From a virus: a stretch of DNA of 64,000 nt. This document shows positions 27,312 through 37,374 of this stretch, one piece after another. The DNA lies in IMG/VR virus record IMGVR_UViG_3300038393_001027, positions 1-64,000 of that record; one strand, written 5' to 3'. The first letter of the stretch is position 1; each line of letters opens with the position of its first letter. Both the position numbers and the translations under genes were made by a program. Below the pieces are notes generated by a model. That model made no database searches, had not been told where the DNA came from, and saw only the letters and a list, made by a program, of their open reading frames with translations.

Positions 27312-27348
27312 CCCCCATCGTGTATAGAAAGACGCCCAACCGCGTAAT

Positions 27349-27984
27349 CTATGGCTGGGTGGGGGCTTGTAGCTGAAGCCGTTCAGTGACTACCAAGTAG
27401 ATCTCGTTGCGAACGTCACGAACCGATCGGTTGGCGTCGATGCGTACGTAACGACCGCCCTGAGCGGCCAGCCGTTCAAACTCAGCCGCTATCCGGGCGC
27501 GGAAACCGGGGTTCTCCGACTCGAAGGTGTCGTTCGGGTCCATGGCCTTGGCCGCATGTGGTGTCCCGCAGAGGACTAGGGTCAGATCAGGTACGAGAAA
27601 CCCGGTCGTGGCGTGATGGAGGCCTAGCAGAAGTGCACGACTCCACCCCCGGCCCGCTCCCTGATAGGCCATCGTGGTGTCCCAAAAGCGGTCGCAGACC
27701 ACAATCTTACCCGCCCGGATGGCAGGCTTGAGCACCCGCCTGTAATGCTCAGCCCGGTCAGCTTGGAACAGAAACAACTCAGTCGCCTTGCCCAGCTTGT
27801 GCTCCTTGTTCAGCAGAAGGCCTCGAAGCACCTGCCCGACTGGTGTCCCGCCCGGCTCGAAGGTCCGAATCACGTCATGGCCGCTCTGCTCCAGCCATTC
27901 GGTCAGAAGCTTCTCCTGCGTGCTTTTGCCCAGCCCTTCATCACCTTCGATGGTGATGAAGAAGCCCTTGCTACGTTGTCGCAT
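27349..27984 (-). CDS. tmk: Thymidylate kinase
   Basis: FITIEGDEGLGKSTQ, EPGGT, ADRAEH, CDRF..AYQG, PDLT. Confidence 0.9.
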   Translation of the reverse strand: MRQRSKGFFITIEGDEGLGKSTQEKLLTEWLEQSGHDVIRTFEPGGTPVGQVLRGLLLNKEHKLGKATELFLFQADRAEHYRRVLKPAIRAGKIVVCDRFWDTTMAYQGAGRGWSRALLLGLHHATTGFLVPDLTLVLCGTPHAAKAMDPNDTFESENPGFRARIAAEFERLAAQGGRYVRIDANRSVRDVRNEIYLVVTERLQLQAPTQP

Positions 27985-28049
27985 GCTCTGCGCCCCCGTT
28001 CAGATAGAGGGACCCCCGGCGCCTGCCGGGGGCCTTCCGTGTGCCCGGC

Positions 28050-29078
28050 CTAGTCCTGCCAACCGCCGTCTGGTAACAAGGACGCTGGGCACATGCGGTT
28101 GTCTTCCAGCGTTGGACCAACCCTGCGATGGCCCAGACCTTCAACACCACCGCAGACCGGGCACCAGCGTACCTTCTTAGGTGCTGGGGCAGGGCCGTTC
28201 CACGTGTCCTTCGGGCGCCCGCCCCACTGCGCCATGATGAAGTCCCAGATGGGCTGGCCCAGCGAGTTGGTCAGGGCGAAGTTCAGCTTCTCCACCAGCC
28301 CGGCCTTCTCCAACCGATCCAAGAACTGCTGGACCGTCACATCGCGCTCCCGTAGCTGACGCATGGCACGGGACCCATACATGGTGGGCGGGCCGTAGAA
28401 CTCGTAGAAGGCATCCCACAAGTCCGGGTCCGTGGCGTGCACGATGTCCCACAGCATCTCAACGATGCGCCGGGTGTCCGGATCGGCGCCCACGGCCCAG
28501 TTCCGGGCCTTGAAGATGTACATGAGCGTCATGTAGTTGAGGCTCATCGTCCACCGAACCATGGAGTTGAAGGGGGCCACAGCGCGGGCGTCTTGGTTCT
28601 TCTCGCCGCCGATGTTGATGCGAGCGATGTAGTTCGCCAAAGCATCCTCACCGATGGCCTGCAAGGTCTCCCGGTCCTTGGCGCCCTCCGGGGCGTAGAA
28701 GTCCAGCGCCTCGGAGACCCGCAGACCCTTGGCGGCCATGGCCCAGCGGGTGACGTTCCGCACCAAATGCTCCCGAATCGGCTCCGGCGCGTAGAAGGTG
28801 ACGTGGAAGCCGACACCCCGGAAGATTTCAGCCTCGTCACGCTTCAGCAGGATGAGCGGCAGGGACTCGTTGGACTGGGGATCTTTGTACTCGTGAGCCA
28901 AGAAGACCAGATCGGCCCAGTTGGACTGTGCACGGTCCCATGCGTCTGTGACAGCCACCCACATCTTACCGTGAGAGGCCTTCCACCAAGGACGCTTGGT
29001 GCGCGGTTCGGTCTCGACAACCCGCTCGTAACCGTAGACAGGCGCCGCTGGAATCTCGTAGTTTCCTGCCTTAGCCAT
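28050..29078 (-). CDS. thyX: Divergent ThyX-like flavin-dependent thymidylate synthase
   Basis: REHLVR, QDARAVAP, SLNY..L..IFKAR..A..TRRIV..L; adjacent to tmk; canonical RHRx7S motif is altered. Confidence 0.6.
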   Translation of the reverse strand: MAKAGNYEIPAAPVYGYERVVETEPRTKRPWWKASHGKMWVAVTDAWDRAQSNWADLVFLAHEYKDPQSNESLPLILLKRDEAEIFRGVGFHVTFYAPEPIREHLVRNVTRWAMAAKGLRVSEALDFYAPEGAKDRETLQAIGEDALANYIARINIGGEKNQDARAVAPFNSMVRWTMSLNYMTLMYIFKARNWAVGADPDTRRIVEMLWDIVHATDPDLWDAFYEFYGPPTMYGSRAMRQLRERDVTVQQFLDRLEKAGLVEKLNFALTNSLGQPIWDFIMAQWGGRPKDTWNGPAPAPKKVRWCPVCGGVEGLGHRRVGPTLEDNRMCPASLLPDGGWQD

Positions 29079-29094
29079 GCTCTGGCCGTCCTTT

Positions 29095-29454
29095 CTACTC
29101 AAACCGAAATAGAAGCTCGTTCCGGTCCTCGATCACATCCACAACACCGGACGCCAGTCGAAGCTTGCGCAGAACCCGGTAGGACCCGCTTACCTGCGCC
29201 TGCTGGACCTGCGGTAGCTCCCACAGACCCGTCACAGACAGCTTCTGAAGCACGACCGGGTTGACGTAGAGGGTCTTAGGCGGCCCGCCGCCGTAGTAGG
29301 CACAGCAGTGGGCCGCCGTCTCGACCGTATCCATGAAGACTTGGGCGGGGGTCTTTTCTGGGGTAGGCGCCAGTGCCTCGTTGATCAGCACCTGCAACCT
29401 CTCCTGCAACTTCTGCCTAGTCTCGGGCGGAACGCCGTTAGGCTGGTCTGTCAT
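29095..29454 (-). CDS. Hypothetical protein
   Basis: Tightly packed ORF in the replication operon. Confidence 0.6.
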   Translation of the reverse strand: MTDQPNGVPPETRQKLQERLQVLINEALAPTPEKTPAQVFMDTVETAAHCCAYYGGGPPKTLYVNPVVLQKLSVTGLWELPQVQQAQVSGSYRVLRKLRLASGVVDVIEDRNELLFRFE

Positions 29455-29460
29455 ACCGCC

Positions 29461-32139
29461 TTACCCCGCCTTCTTCTCCTTGAACTTGTAAGCGACGCCT
29501 GCCATCTCTAACCGACGCAGGAATTCTTCTCCGTAAGTCTGGATGGTTCCTTCCTGAGTCTGACCCTTCGCCGGGTCATATTTGAAGGACACCGAGTTAT
29601 TTTCCAAGTCCAGCTTCTGATGCCACTTCCACCCAACCGCCGCCTCAGCCACGATGGGGACCTCAAAATTGGGGATGGGAAGCTCCATGGTCTGCTTGAT
29701 CAGCGGGACCACTTCCTGCACCAGCGAGACTGGAACCTCGAAAATCAACTCGTCGTGGATCTGCATGACCATCTTAACGCCCATGGCCGCGTAGCCACGC
29801 TCGATGAAGGCCCGGTTCAGCCGGACCATGGCAAGCTTGATGATCTCACTAGCGCTACCTTGGATCGGCGTGTTGATGGCTGACCGTTCAGCGTTCATGC
29901 GGATCCACTTGTTCCAGTGCCGGATCTCGGGTAGCTCCCGGCGACGGCCGAACATGGTATCGACATAGCCATGCTCACGGGCGAAGGCGATCATGCCGTC
30001 CATGTAGGCCTTGATACCGGGGAAGGCCGTCATCAGGGTCATGATGATCTGCTTCGCCTCACGCTCCGTACAGCCAACCGTCTGGGAAATGCTCTTCTCG
30101 GTTGCTCCGAAGACCAGCCCGAAGATGACCGCCTTCGCCCGTGAACGCAGTTCCTTGTGGAAGTCCTTGACGGCGTTGGCCGCACACTCCAGATGCCATG
30201 CGGTCTTGGCCGTGAAGCCGTGTACGTCATCCCCCCGCTCGAAAGCGGCCTTCATACCCTTCTCGCCGGAGTAGTGCACAAAGACCCGAAGCTCGATCTG
30301 CGAGTAGTCACAGAAGACCAGCAGAGTCGGTTCGTCCCGGTACGCTACCGGGCGCCCCGGCAAGATAATCGACGTGAATTCCGGCGCCCAGAAGGCTGAC
30401 CGGACGCCCAGCTTGTCGTTCTCAACACGGGGGGCGTTCTGAGTGTTGGGCTTCTTGCACGCAAACCGCCCGGTGCGCACGAAGATCTGGTCCAGCAGTG
30501 GGTGCAGGCGCCCGTCAGGGCCGATCCATTCAGCGTACCCTTCCAGATAGGTAGACAGGATCTTCGAATAACCCCGCCACTCCAGAATCTTGCCGAACAG
30601 GGGCAGTTTAACCTCGGTCTCCGGCTTACCCGTCTTCTCGTCGATGATGACGGCTCCCGTCGCCGGGTCCTTCTTCACGACGGTGAAGCGAGCCTCCAGC
30701 TTGTGCATAACCTCTTCGTCTAGCTGAGCCTTGCCCGTCTTTGTACGGGCGATGATCGGGAGCCTCAGCATATCAAAGAGAAGCCAGCCCAAGTGGGCGC
30801 CGGAACCGATGTTGAATGGCTTCGGTTCCTTCCCCACAGGAGCGATGATGTCAGCCCGCAGGGTCTCAGCCAGTTCTTGAGCGTGCCGCAGTGCCACTTC
30901 GTGCATCTGCGGGGAATCCACAGCCGCCATGCCGATGGGCAGGACGCTAACCTGAAGCTTCAGTTCATCGCTGGTCGGGATGTGAAGCTGACGCCGGATC
31001 TCCGCTAGAATTTCAACCTCCAGCCGGGCAATCTCCCGCTGGGCGATCGGCTTCAGGTAGTCGATCAGGACTGACTTGTTACACGCCCAGCCGTTGGTAC
31101 GAATCTGATCCAGCACCAGCACCAGCGGGTTGTCAATCTCCATCGCCAGATCGAAGATGTCCCATGCGTCTAAGTCAACCTTCATGTCCTCGTACTCAGC
31201 CAGCGCCCAGTCCGAGTCGCCGCAGGTGTACTCCAGACACTCCGGTGTCAGCGGGTCCACCTCGTTGAAAGTGCGCAGGACCTCAACGTACTTGGGATCA
31301 CCCTTCTTGGCGCCCTTGGCCTTGTTGGCGCTCCCCCAGAACCCAACCTGCACCCGCCGCTTGCCCACGGTCTCCTCATAGGTGGGCATTTGGTGCCCAA
31401 AGAGCTTCTTGACCAGTGGTTTGAGACCCAGAATGCCCCGGCCGTCTTGGTCCTTGTACTTGGGATGCGACTTGAGCAGGTTGGCGGCAATCATGGGATC
31501 GAATATTGGCTCGGCCAACAGGATGCCTTCCTTACGAAGCCATGTCGCTTCGAAGGGGGCGTTGTGGGCGATCTTAAGCTTATCGGGGGACGTGAACCAC
31601 CATTCGAAGTCGAACAGCACCCCAACAGGCCAGTTATGCTCGTAGCCATCATGCCAGATGGGCAGGTAATAGCCCGTCCCGCGCTTGGTAGAGAAAGAAA
31701 TGCCGACGATCTTCGCATCCTCAGCGTCGTCGTCGGCGGTATTGGTCTCGAAGTCGAACGCGGCCCGTTCGGTATCCTGAAGCTCTTGCTGGAGGCGCCG
31801 CATGGACACCTCGTCGCCCTGCGGGACCAGCCAGTACCGCACCTTCTTCTTCTGGTACAGCCGCTTGGTAAGCTCCTCTGGTGTCAGGGTAGACCGGGGC
31901 CTATCATCAGGTACGATGACCGGGGCGGCTGTGGGGGGCGGTGCCTCAGGCGGCGTCGGCGGCGGTGCCGCCTTCACGGGGGTTGGGGGCGGCGCCGGGG
32001 GCAGTTCCTTGACGATCTCAGCAAACTGGGCTGGAGATGACGTCTCGTAGTCGGGGTGATCGAAAGGGCTTAGTGTGCGGGTGAGCGCCGCCGTGATGCG
32101 ACTTGCATCAGCGGCGGCCTTCTGCTTCTTTAGGCCCAT
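29461..32139 (-). CDS. polA: Family A DNA polymerase with 3'-5' exonuclease
   Basis: FDFET, HNAPFE, TGRF..PNTQN, DYSQIELR, RSRAKAVIFGLVFG, INTPIQGSASE, QIHDEL. Confidence 0.95.
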   Translation of the reverse strand: MGLKKQKAAADASRITAALTRTLSPFDHPDYETSSPAQFAEIVKELPPAPPPTPVKAAPPPTPPEAPPPTAAPVIVPDDRPRSTLTPEELTKRLYQKKKVRYWLVPQGDEVSMRRLQQELQDTERAAFDFETNTADDDAEDAKIVGISFSTKRGTGYYLPIWHDGYEHNWPVGVLFDFEWWFTSPDKLKIAHNAPFEATWLRKEGILLAEPIFDPMIAANLLKSHPKYKDQDGRGILGLKPLVKKLFGHQMPTYEETVGKRRVQVGFWGSANKAKGAKKGDPKYVEVLRTFNEVDPLTPECLEYTCGDSDWALAEYEDMKVDLDAWDIFDLAMEIDNPLVLVLDQIRTNGWACNKSVLIDYLKPIAQREIARLEVEILAEIRRQLHIPTSDELKLQVSVLPIGMAAVDSPQMHEVALRHAQELAETLRADIIAPVGKEPKPFNIGSGAHLGWLLFDMLRLPIIARTKTGKAQLDEEVMHKLEARFTVVKKDPATGAVIIDEKTGKPETEVKLPLFGKILEWRGYSKILSTYLEGYAEWIGPDGRLHPLLDQIFVRTGRFACKKPNTQNAPRVENDKLGVRSAFWAPEFTSIILPGRPVAYRDEPTLLVFCDYSQIELRVFVHYSGEKGMKAAFERGDDVHGFTAKTAWHLECAANAVKDFHKELRSRAKAVIFGLVFGATEKSISQTVGCTEREAKQIIMTLMTAFPGIKAYMDGMIAFAREHGYVDTMFGRRRELPEIRHWNKWIRMNAERSAINTPIQGSASEIIKLAMVRLNRAFIERGYAAMGVKMVMQIHDELIFEVPVSLVQEVVPLIKQTMELPIPNFEVPIVAEAAVGWKWHQKLDLENNSVSFKYDPAKGQTQEGTIQTYGEEFLRRLEMAGVAYKFKEKKAG

Positions 32140-32528
32140 ACCACCACATCCCCCAGATAGGTACTGACAAACTCGTCCAGCCGGGGCGTTGCCAGATAGT
32201 AGATGCGGGACTCCTGCCGGACCATGCCTGCCTTCCGCAAGGCGTCGAACCGCTTCCGCACAGGCACGTCATGGCAGGTCAGGACTGTGCAGACCTCCTC
32301 CGTGGTCACGATGCGGCGGTTGTACAGCATCTCCACGATGCGCTGGGTTAGATCCATGGACGCCTGCCGCTTCGTCGGATGAAGCCGGGCCTCCAGCAGT
32401 TGCAGGTCCGTAGTTGTCAGTGGGCGTGTCTCCGGGGTCGCTTGCCCAGAGGCCTTCCAACCCGCAATCTTGGCTTCATAGGTCTGCTGAACGGTCTCTT
32501 TCGACTTGTAGCCACCCTTGGGTGCCAT
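32130..32528 (-). CDS. Winged-helix DNA-binding protein
   Basis: RIVEML..TTEEV..VRKRFDALRKAGMV. Confidence 0.6.
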   Translation of the reverse strand: MAPKGGYKSKETVQQTYEAKIAGWKASGQATPETRPLTTTDLQLLEARLHPTKRQASMDLTQRIVEMLYNRRIVTTEEVCTVLTCHDVPVRKRFDALRKAGMVRQESRIYYLATPRLDEFVSTYLGDVVVWA

Positions 32529-32531
32529 GGG

Positions 32532-32858
32532 CTACTTCACCTCTTTCTCTTCCACAGGGATAATCTTGAGGACGACACCCGTAGCTGTGATCTCCAGCCG
32601 AATGTCCTTCTGGAAGACCACCACGCCCCCCTCGACAACCCGGATGGTGCGCAAAAAGGGGTCATTCGTGTAGAACACACTCTCCGGCTGGGCCTTCCAG
32701 CCATTTGCCACACTCTTTAGCGATGCCTCTGCCACGACATTATCAGTGACGAAGGCAAACTTCCGCAGGGCCTGATCAATCATAGTCTGCATGAGATTCT
32801 GCGCCGCCTGCAGTTCCAGTGGAATCGGTACGTCAGCCAGCACCAACTTCGCTTGCAT
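32532..32858 (-). CDS. Hypothetical protein
   Basis: GGAGGAGG RBS. Confidence 0.65.
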   Translation of the reverse strand: MQAKLVLADVPIPLELQAAQNLMQTMIDQALRKFAFVTDNVVAEASLKSVANGWKAQPESVFYTNDPFLRTIRVVEGGVVVFQKDIRLEITATGVVLKIIPVEEKEVK

Positions 32859-32881
32859 GATGTGTCCTCCTCTGGCCCCGG

Positions 32882-35800
32882 CTACTCAGCCGGGGCGTAC
32901 TTGTCTAGGTAGATCAGGAACTTAGCGAGCTTGCGCAGGCCGTATCGGGTCTTTCGGACCAGTTGGTGCTTTGACAGGATGCCGATGACCTGCGTTACTT
33001 CCTGCCGCTCGAAGCCTGTCATGTCCGTGATGTCCGACGCCTTGAGAATATCGTTGCGTCGGAACAGTCGCAGAATCTCCTTACCCTGTCCACCAGCCGC
33101 TGTGAAGTCGAATTGCTGGATCTCCTTCGTGATGGTGGCGGCTTCCTCTTCGGTTAGCTCTGACTCCTCCTTCGCCATGGCACTGTAGCTGTCCAGTCGG
33201 CAGTTCTTGGCGTCGTAAATCAACTCCAAGAACTCGACAACGTAGCGCACATGGTCGGCGGTCACAATGACCTGTTCATGGGTCTTGTCGGTGGAGTGAA
33301 CCAGCGCCGCCGCCGCCACCGCCATGCGGGCCAGCTTGATGCGAAGGTCGGCAGGCTCGCAGAGAGGGATGTTCTGGGCGTGCCCGTACTTGTCGGCCAG
33401 CCGTCCAGCTTCCGCCAGAATCAGATCGACAGCGGGTTCCGTGATGTTCACGTGGTCGGCCCGGCGGCTCCATGCCCACAAGACCGAGTTCTTAATCGTC
33501 TCCGAAGAGATGAGCGAAGTGCGGTTCTCCGGCGGCGGAATCTTGCGGTTCAGGACCTCCTGCGGGACGTCGCCTGATGCCATGAAGACGGCCAAATCCA
33601 GTCGGCGGATGTCGGCCGGGGCGTCGAAGACTGTCTTCAAAGCCTCGACCCCGTACGTAAATTCCCGTAGGGGACGCTTATCACGGGGGTTGGTCATGAG
33701 GAAGAGCCGGGTCCGAGCGTTCGTCTCAGCGTTGATCACCCGGTCCACCTTCAGGACGCCCGTAGAGCGGGATTCCGTCATGCGGCCCAAGTCTTCTGCG
33801 CTCATTTCCGCCAACTCGTCGATCTTGAGTAACTTCCGGTCATTCAGCGGGTACTTACCCCAGTTGATGAACCAACGTTCACCAATCTGCTCCAGACGGT
33901 AAACAAGACCCGTCCGGCTGGCCGACTCACCTGAGACCCCTTCGCCCAGCCCGATAAACTCCATCATGTTGTCGGCAAGCTGGGACTTGGCCTGCCCCGA
34001 GTCACCCACAAGGATGCTCTCCAGCCAACCTCGCTTCACCCGCAAACCTTGGAAGTCGAAACTGAGCACACTGTGGTAAGTCAGAAGCAGAGCCAGCAGG
34101 GCGGCGTCTCGTTCCCAGACGAAGGTGACGTTCTCAGTCAGATCGTCCAAGATGACGTCGATGCGATCGTCCAGCGTCTCGCCCTTCTGGACTTGGAAGA
34201 TGCTCAACGCCTGTTGGATCTCCGGCGTCAGCTTGAACTGGGCTACGTTGTCCTGCAGTGGCTCATGCAGGTCTGCCAACACCGTACCCATCATGTTCTT
34301 GGGGTGCGGGAAGACATACCCGGTTAGCTGGTAGTACTGATTGGCTTCCACCGTCTGACCCACCGTGTAGACCTTACGGGCTACATAGGGTTTCTGGTTT
34401 TCGTCCAATTCCTGCCACTTTGGCGCCTCTTCCGTGCCTGTATTGACGGCCCGGACCCGCTCGGCCATGGGGACCACCAGTAGTTCTTCGACGTTCTGCC
34501 GGGAGACGATCTCCACGTCAACGGTCTTGCAATTGGGCGCCCCGGACCAGTTCCGGATGATGCTGTTCGCCATCTGCTGGTTGACGTTGGTCACCTCGAT
34601 CAGCAGGGGATGCTCAGCCGTGAATGTCCGATCCAGAATGCCGCCCGCCTCACCAACTGGGCACATGTCCCGCTTAGGGCAGGTCTCGTGACCCGTCTCG
34701 TAAGCGCAAAAGTACCGAACCTCTTTTGGGACGATGAAGGGTGTATCCAGCTTGCCTGACACGAGGACCTTCGTCGTGATCTGCTTGCGCGTCAGTTCGG
34801 CGTTGGCCGCATCAGCCAGATGCACCGGAATGGCCCCATCCTCATTCGTGGCATGCTCCGGATGGCAGGGGCACGTCTTGCCTGCGCAGGCCACCTTTTC
34901 AACCTTGCGGCCCTCGCGCTCGCCGTTGAGTGCCCACATGAAGCGGCACCCGAAGTGGTACTGGTCGGACTCGTAGACCGTAGAAACGCAGGTTCGAGTT
35001 GATGCCTTACGGGTGGTTGGGTCCGAACTAGTCAGGGTACCCGGAATCCGCATCACCCAGTCTAGCAAAACCGCTTCGGCCGTCTCCTGCGAATAGCCCA
35101 TGTCCTTTAGGAAGCTTGCCAAAGCCATGGTTGCCTTGTTACGGTCGCTTCCCTTCTTGATGCTGTTCTCCAGAATGTCAGCCACGCAAACAGGCCACGA
35201 CTCGATGATCTCCGTCGGATCAGCGGCCAGAACAGTCTCGTCACCCTCTGACCGGAAGTGATCCGCGATTGAAGTCGTGAGCGCCACCTTCGTCGATCGT
35301 TGCCGGGCCACCTCTTCGTAATCCTGCACTTCATGCAGGTACCATGTCCGGGCACCCTCAACCACCTGCAAGCTGTCCGATGGGTACAGCGGCGTCCGGG
35401 GCTGACTGGCGATGCCGATGTGGTGCGTGATCGGATGCCCTACTTCGTCCGGCGATAGCTCCACCTTAAAGAGCTTGCTCTTCTGATGGATGCTGTTGAC
35501 CAACCGAAGCATACGGCGCTTGGAGTAAATTGATCCGATGTCCAGCGCCTCAAGCCCCAGCAGTTCCCGCAGTTGCAGGGCGATGTGCTTGAAGACCATG
35601 TACAGATCAGAACGCGGTTCAACCCCCAGCGCCCGTGCACTGACCATCACGTGATAGCCCTTGCGCCCAGAGAACCAGAAGCGCACGTCTTCTGCCTTCA
35701 GACCCATCGTCCGGATGAAGAACTCCCGAAGCTTGATAGCATCTGACTGGCTCACCGTGAGGTTGCCATACCAGCGCAGATCCTTCAGAACGGGTACCGC

Positions 35801-36289
35801 CTGTGTGGATGCCACCAGCGCCTTCAGCTTGGGGTTACTCTCGATCTGATCAGAGTCCCTTTTATCAAAAGTATCGCCCGCCAGCGCCCGGATGGTGAAG
35901 ATCTGCTCCGTAGACGGGTCGATGTCCATGTTTTTCCACTGATCCAAGGCGATAGCCAGCGCCTTGGGCAGGTGTGGCATGATCTGATCCAGCGTGATCC
36001 GGCCAGCCTGCAGAAGCTTGAAAATACCTTGGTCACAGTCAAGGTCGAAGTAGAGCGGCATGAACATGACTTCATCTTCCATAGGCGCTGGGATCCGCCA
36101 CAAATTCACCGTGGCGAAAACGTTGAAGTTGGCCTTCTGCGCTTGGAAGTCGTGTACATCTGTGACCTTGACGCGATTCCACTGTGTCCGGTTTCCAGTA
36201 GCCGGGTCTTCGGCGTAGGTGTCTACGTAGATGAACTCACTGAGGTCGTAACCCCCGGCCTGTTGGGAGGCCTTGCGTTTGCGTCCCAT
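32882..36289 (-). CDS. AEP primase - MCM-like AAA+ helicase fusion
   Basis: LYFDLD and FSGRKGYH (AEP); WPVC..RN..C (PriL/PriCT-like); LVGDSGQAKSQL, IDE, TNP, RRLDL (MCM-type). Confidence 0.85.
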   Translation of the reverse strand: MGRKRKASQQAGGYDLSEFIYVDTYAEDPATGNRTQWNRVKVTDVHDFQAQKANFNVFATVNLWRIPAPMEDEVMFMPLYFDLDCDQGIFKLLQAGRITLDQIMPHLPKALAIALDQWKNMDIDPSTEQIFTIRALAGDTFDKRDSDQIESNPKLKALVASTQAVPVLKDLRWYGNLTVSQSDAIKLREFFIRTMGLKAEDVRFWFSGRKGYHVMVSARALGVEPRSDLYMVFKHIALQLRELLGLEALDIGSIYSKRRMLRLVNSIHQKSKLFKVELSPDEVGHPITHHIGIASQPRTPLYPSDSLQVVEGARTWYLHEVQDYEEVARQRSTKVALTTSIADHFRSEGDETVLAADPTEIIESWPVCVADILENSIKKGSDRNKATMALASFLKDMGYSQETAEAVLLDWVMRIPGTLTSSDPTTRKASTRTCVSTVYESDQYHFGCRFMWALNGEREGRKVEKVACAGKTCPCHPEHATNEDGAIPVHLADAANAELTRKQITTKVLVSGKLDTPFIVPKEVRYFCAYETGHETCPKRDMCPVGEAGGILDRTFTAEHPLLIEVTNVNQQMANSIIRNWSGAPNCKTVDVEIVSRQNVEELLVVPMAERVRAVNTGTEEAPKWQELDENQKPYVARKVYTVGQTVEANQYYQLTGYVFPHPKNMMGTVLADLHEPLQDNVAQFKLTPEIQQALSIFQVQKGETLDDRIDVILDDLTENVTFVWERDAALLALLLTYHSVLSFDFQGLRVKRGWLESILVGDSGQAKSQLADNMMEFIGLGEGVSGESASRTGLVYRLEQIGERWFINWGKYPLNDRKLLKIDELAEMSAEDLGRMTESRSTGVLKVDRVINAETNARTRLFLMTNPRDKRPLREFTYGVEALKTVFDAPADIRRLDLAVFMASGDVPQEVLNRKIPPPENRTSLISSETIKNSVLWAWSRRADHVNITEPAVDLILAEAGRLADKYGHAQNIPLCEPADLRIKLARMAVAAAALVHSTDKTHEQVIVTADHVRYVVEFLELIYDAKNCRLDSYSAMAKEESELTEEEAATITKEIQQFDFTAAGGQGKEILRLFRRNDILKASDITDMTGFERQEVTQVIGILSKHQLVRKTRYGLRKLAKFLIYLDKYAPAE

Positions 36290-36327
36290 GGGCGCCCTCC
36301 CGTGTTCTGCACGTTGTTAGGGAATGG

Positions 36328-36360
36328 AAAGAGCCGCCGCCCGCTATTGGGCGGCGGCTC
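36328..36360 (-). terminator. Intrinsic terminator-like hairpin
   Basis: GAGCCGCCGCCC..GGGCGGCGGCTC then TTT on the minus strand. Confidence 0.6.
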
Positions 36361-36374
36361 TTCGCCTTGTGGAA

Positions 36375-37244
36375 CTAGCCAACCTGAACGTCACCGTCAG
36401 CGTTCGCCATCTCGGAGACGAGGCCGATGGCTTGGAAGACGAACTGGGACCACGTAATGGGCTTACCCTCGATGGTCTTGGTCACCCGGCGCACCGTGAC
36501 ACGGGTCACAACGTCAGCCAGCGACAGCGGCTGGTTTGGGGTGCCCTTGAACTCGCCGCGCTCCGGGTGGACGTACCAGCCGTTGTTGTTGCCGTTCGGG
36601 CCGAAGCTGACCGCCTTGCGGGGGTCACGGGCCGACCGGAGGTAGGCCATGTCGTCCTTGCTGGCAACCTCGCCCTTGGCAAGGGCCTTGGCGTAGTCGA
36701 TGAAGGCGATGCCCGAGGTGGTAGAGCAGGCCAGCACGTGCTCACGCATCGTGCTCTCCATCTCATCCCACTCTTGGAAGGTCAGGTCGTACTTCATCTT
36801 GCACTTCTTGAACTTGGGGCAGGTGGCGCAGATCAGGCCGTCAACCGACGTCTTGTGGTTGTCGATCGACATGCACATGCCGCCCTCTTCGATCTGCTCG
36901 CCCTGATCGTTCTTGGCGGGCCACCACTGATGGTACTTCATGCCCTTGAGGATGTCCGTGCCGGGGATGATCAGTTCAGTCACCCGCAGGCCATCCAGCG
37001 CCTTGTAGACCAACTCGGTGCCGTCAGCCACGACACGGGAGCGGGAATCGCCGCCCTCGTCGTCCAGCCCAAGGTTCGGGTTAAGCTCACCCAGCTTCAT
37101 CGGGCCGCCCGTGTACTCACCCACGGCGCCCCCCTGCGGGGTGGTGCTCACGTTGTTCTGGGGCTGGGTCTGCTCAGCCGGGGTGTTGTTGATGATCTCC
37201 GGGTCCTGCTCAACGGTCGTCGGGCTCTTGCGTGACTTCAACAT
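36375..37244 (-). CDS. Putative ssDNA-binding / annealing protein
   Basis: First gene of the primase-polymerase block; beta-rich with a Cys cluster; strong GAGGAGG RBS; function inferred from position only. Confidence 0.4.
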   Translation of the reverse strand: MLKSRKSPTTVEQDPEIINNTPAEQTQPQNNVSTTPQGGAVGEYTGGPMKLGELNPNLGLDDEGGDSRSRVVADGTELVYKALDGLRVTELIIPGTDILKGMKYHQWWPAKNDQGEQIEEGGMCMSIDNHKTSVDGLICATCPKFKKCKMKYDLTFQEWDEMESTMREHVLACSTTSGIAFIDYAKALAKGEVASKDDMAYLRSARDPRKAVSFGPNGNNNGWYVHPERGEFKGTPNQPLSLADVVTRVTVRRVTKTIEGKPITWSQFVFQAIGLVSEMANADGDVQVG

Positions 37245-37258
37245 GGTTGGGTCCTCCT

Positions 37259-37298
37259 CGTTACGTCGTCGCATCGTTACATCGTTACATCGCTACGT
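37259..37298. repeat. Five tandem 8-mers (consensus CGTTACAT) abutting the RBS
   Basis: CGTTACGT CGTCGCAT CGTTACAT CGTTACAT CGCTACGT. Confidence 0.8.
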
Positions 37299-37374
37299 GA
37301 GGCCGGGGCCGGGGCCGGGGCCGGGCGGCCCACTTGGTTAGCCCGGTCAAGCCTAGGCTACCAGTTGATGGCCT

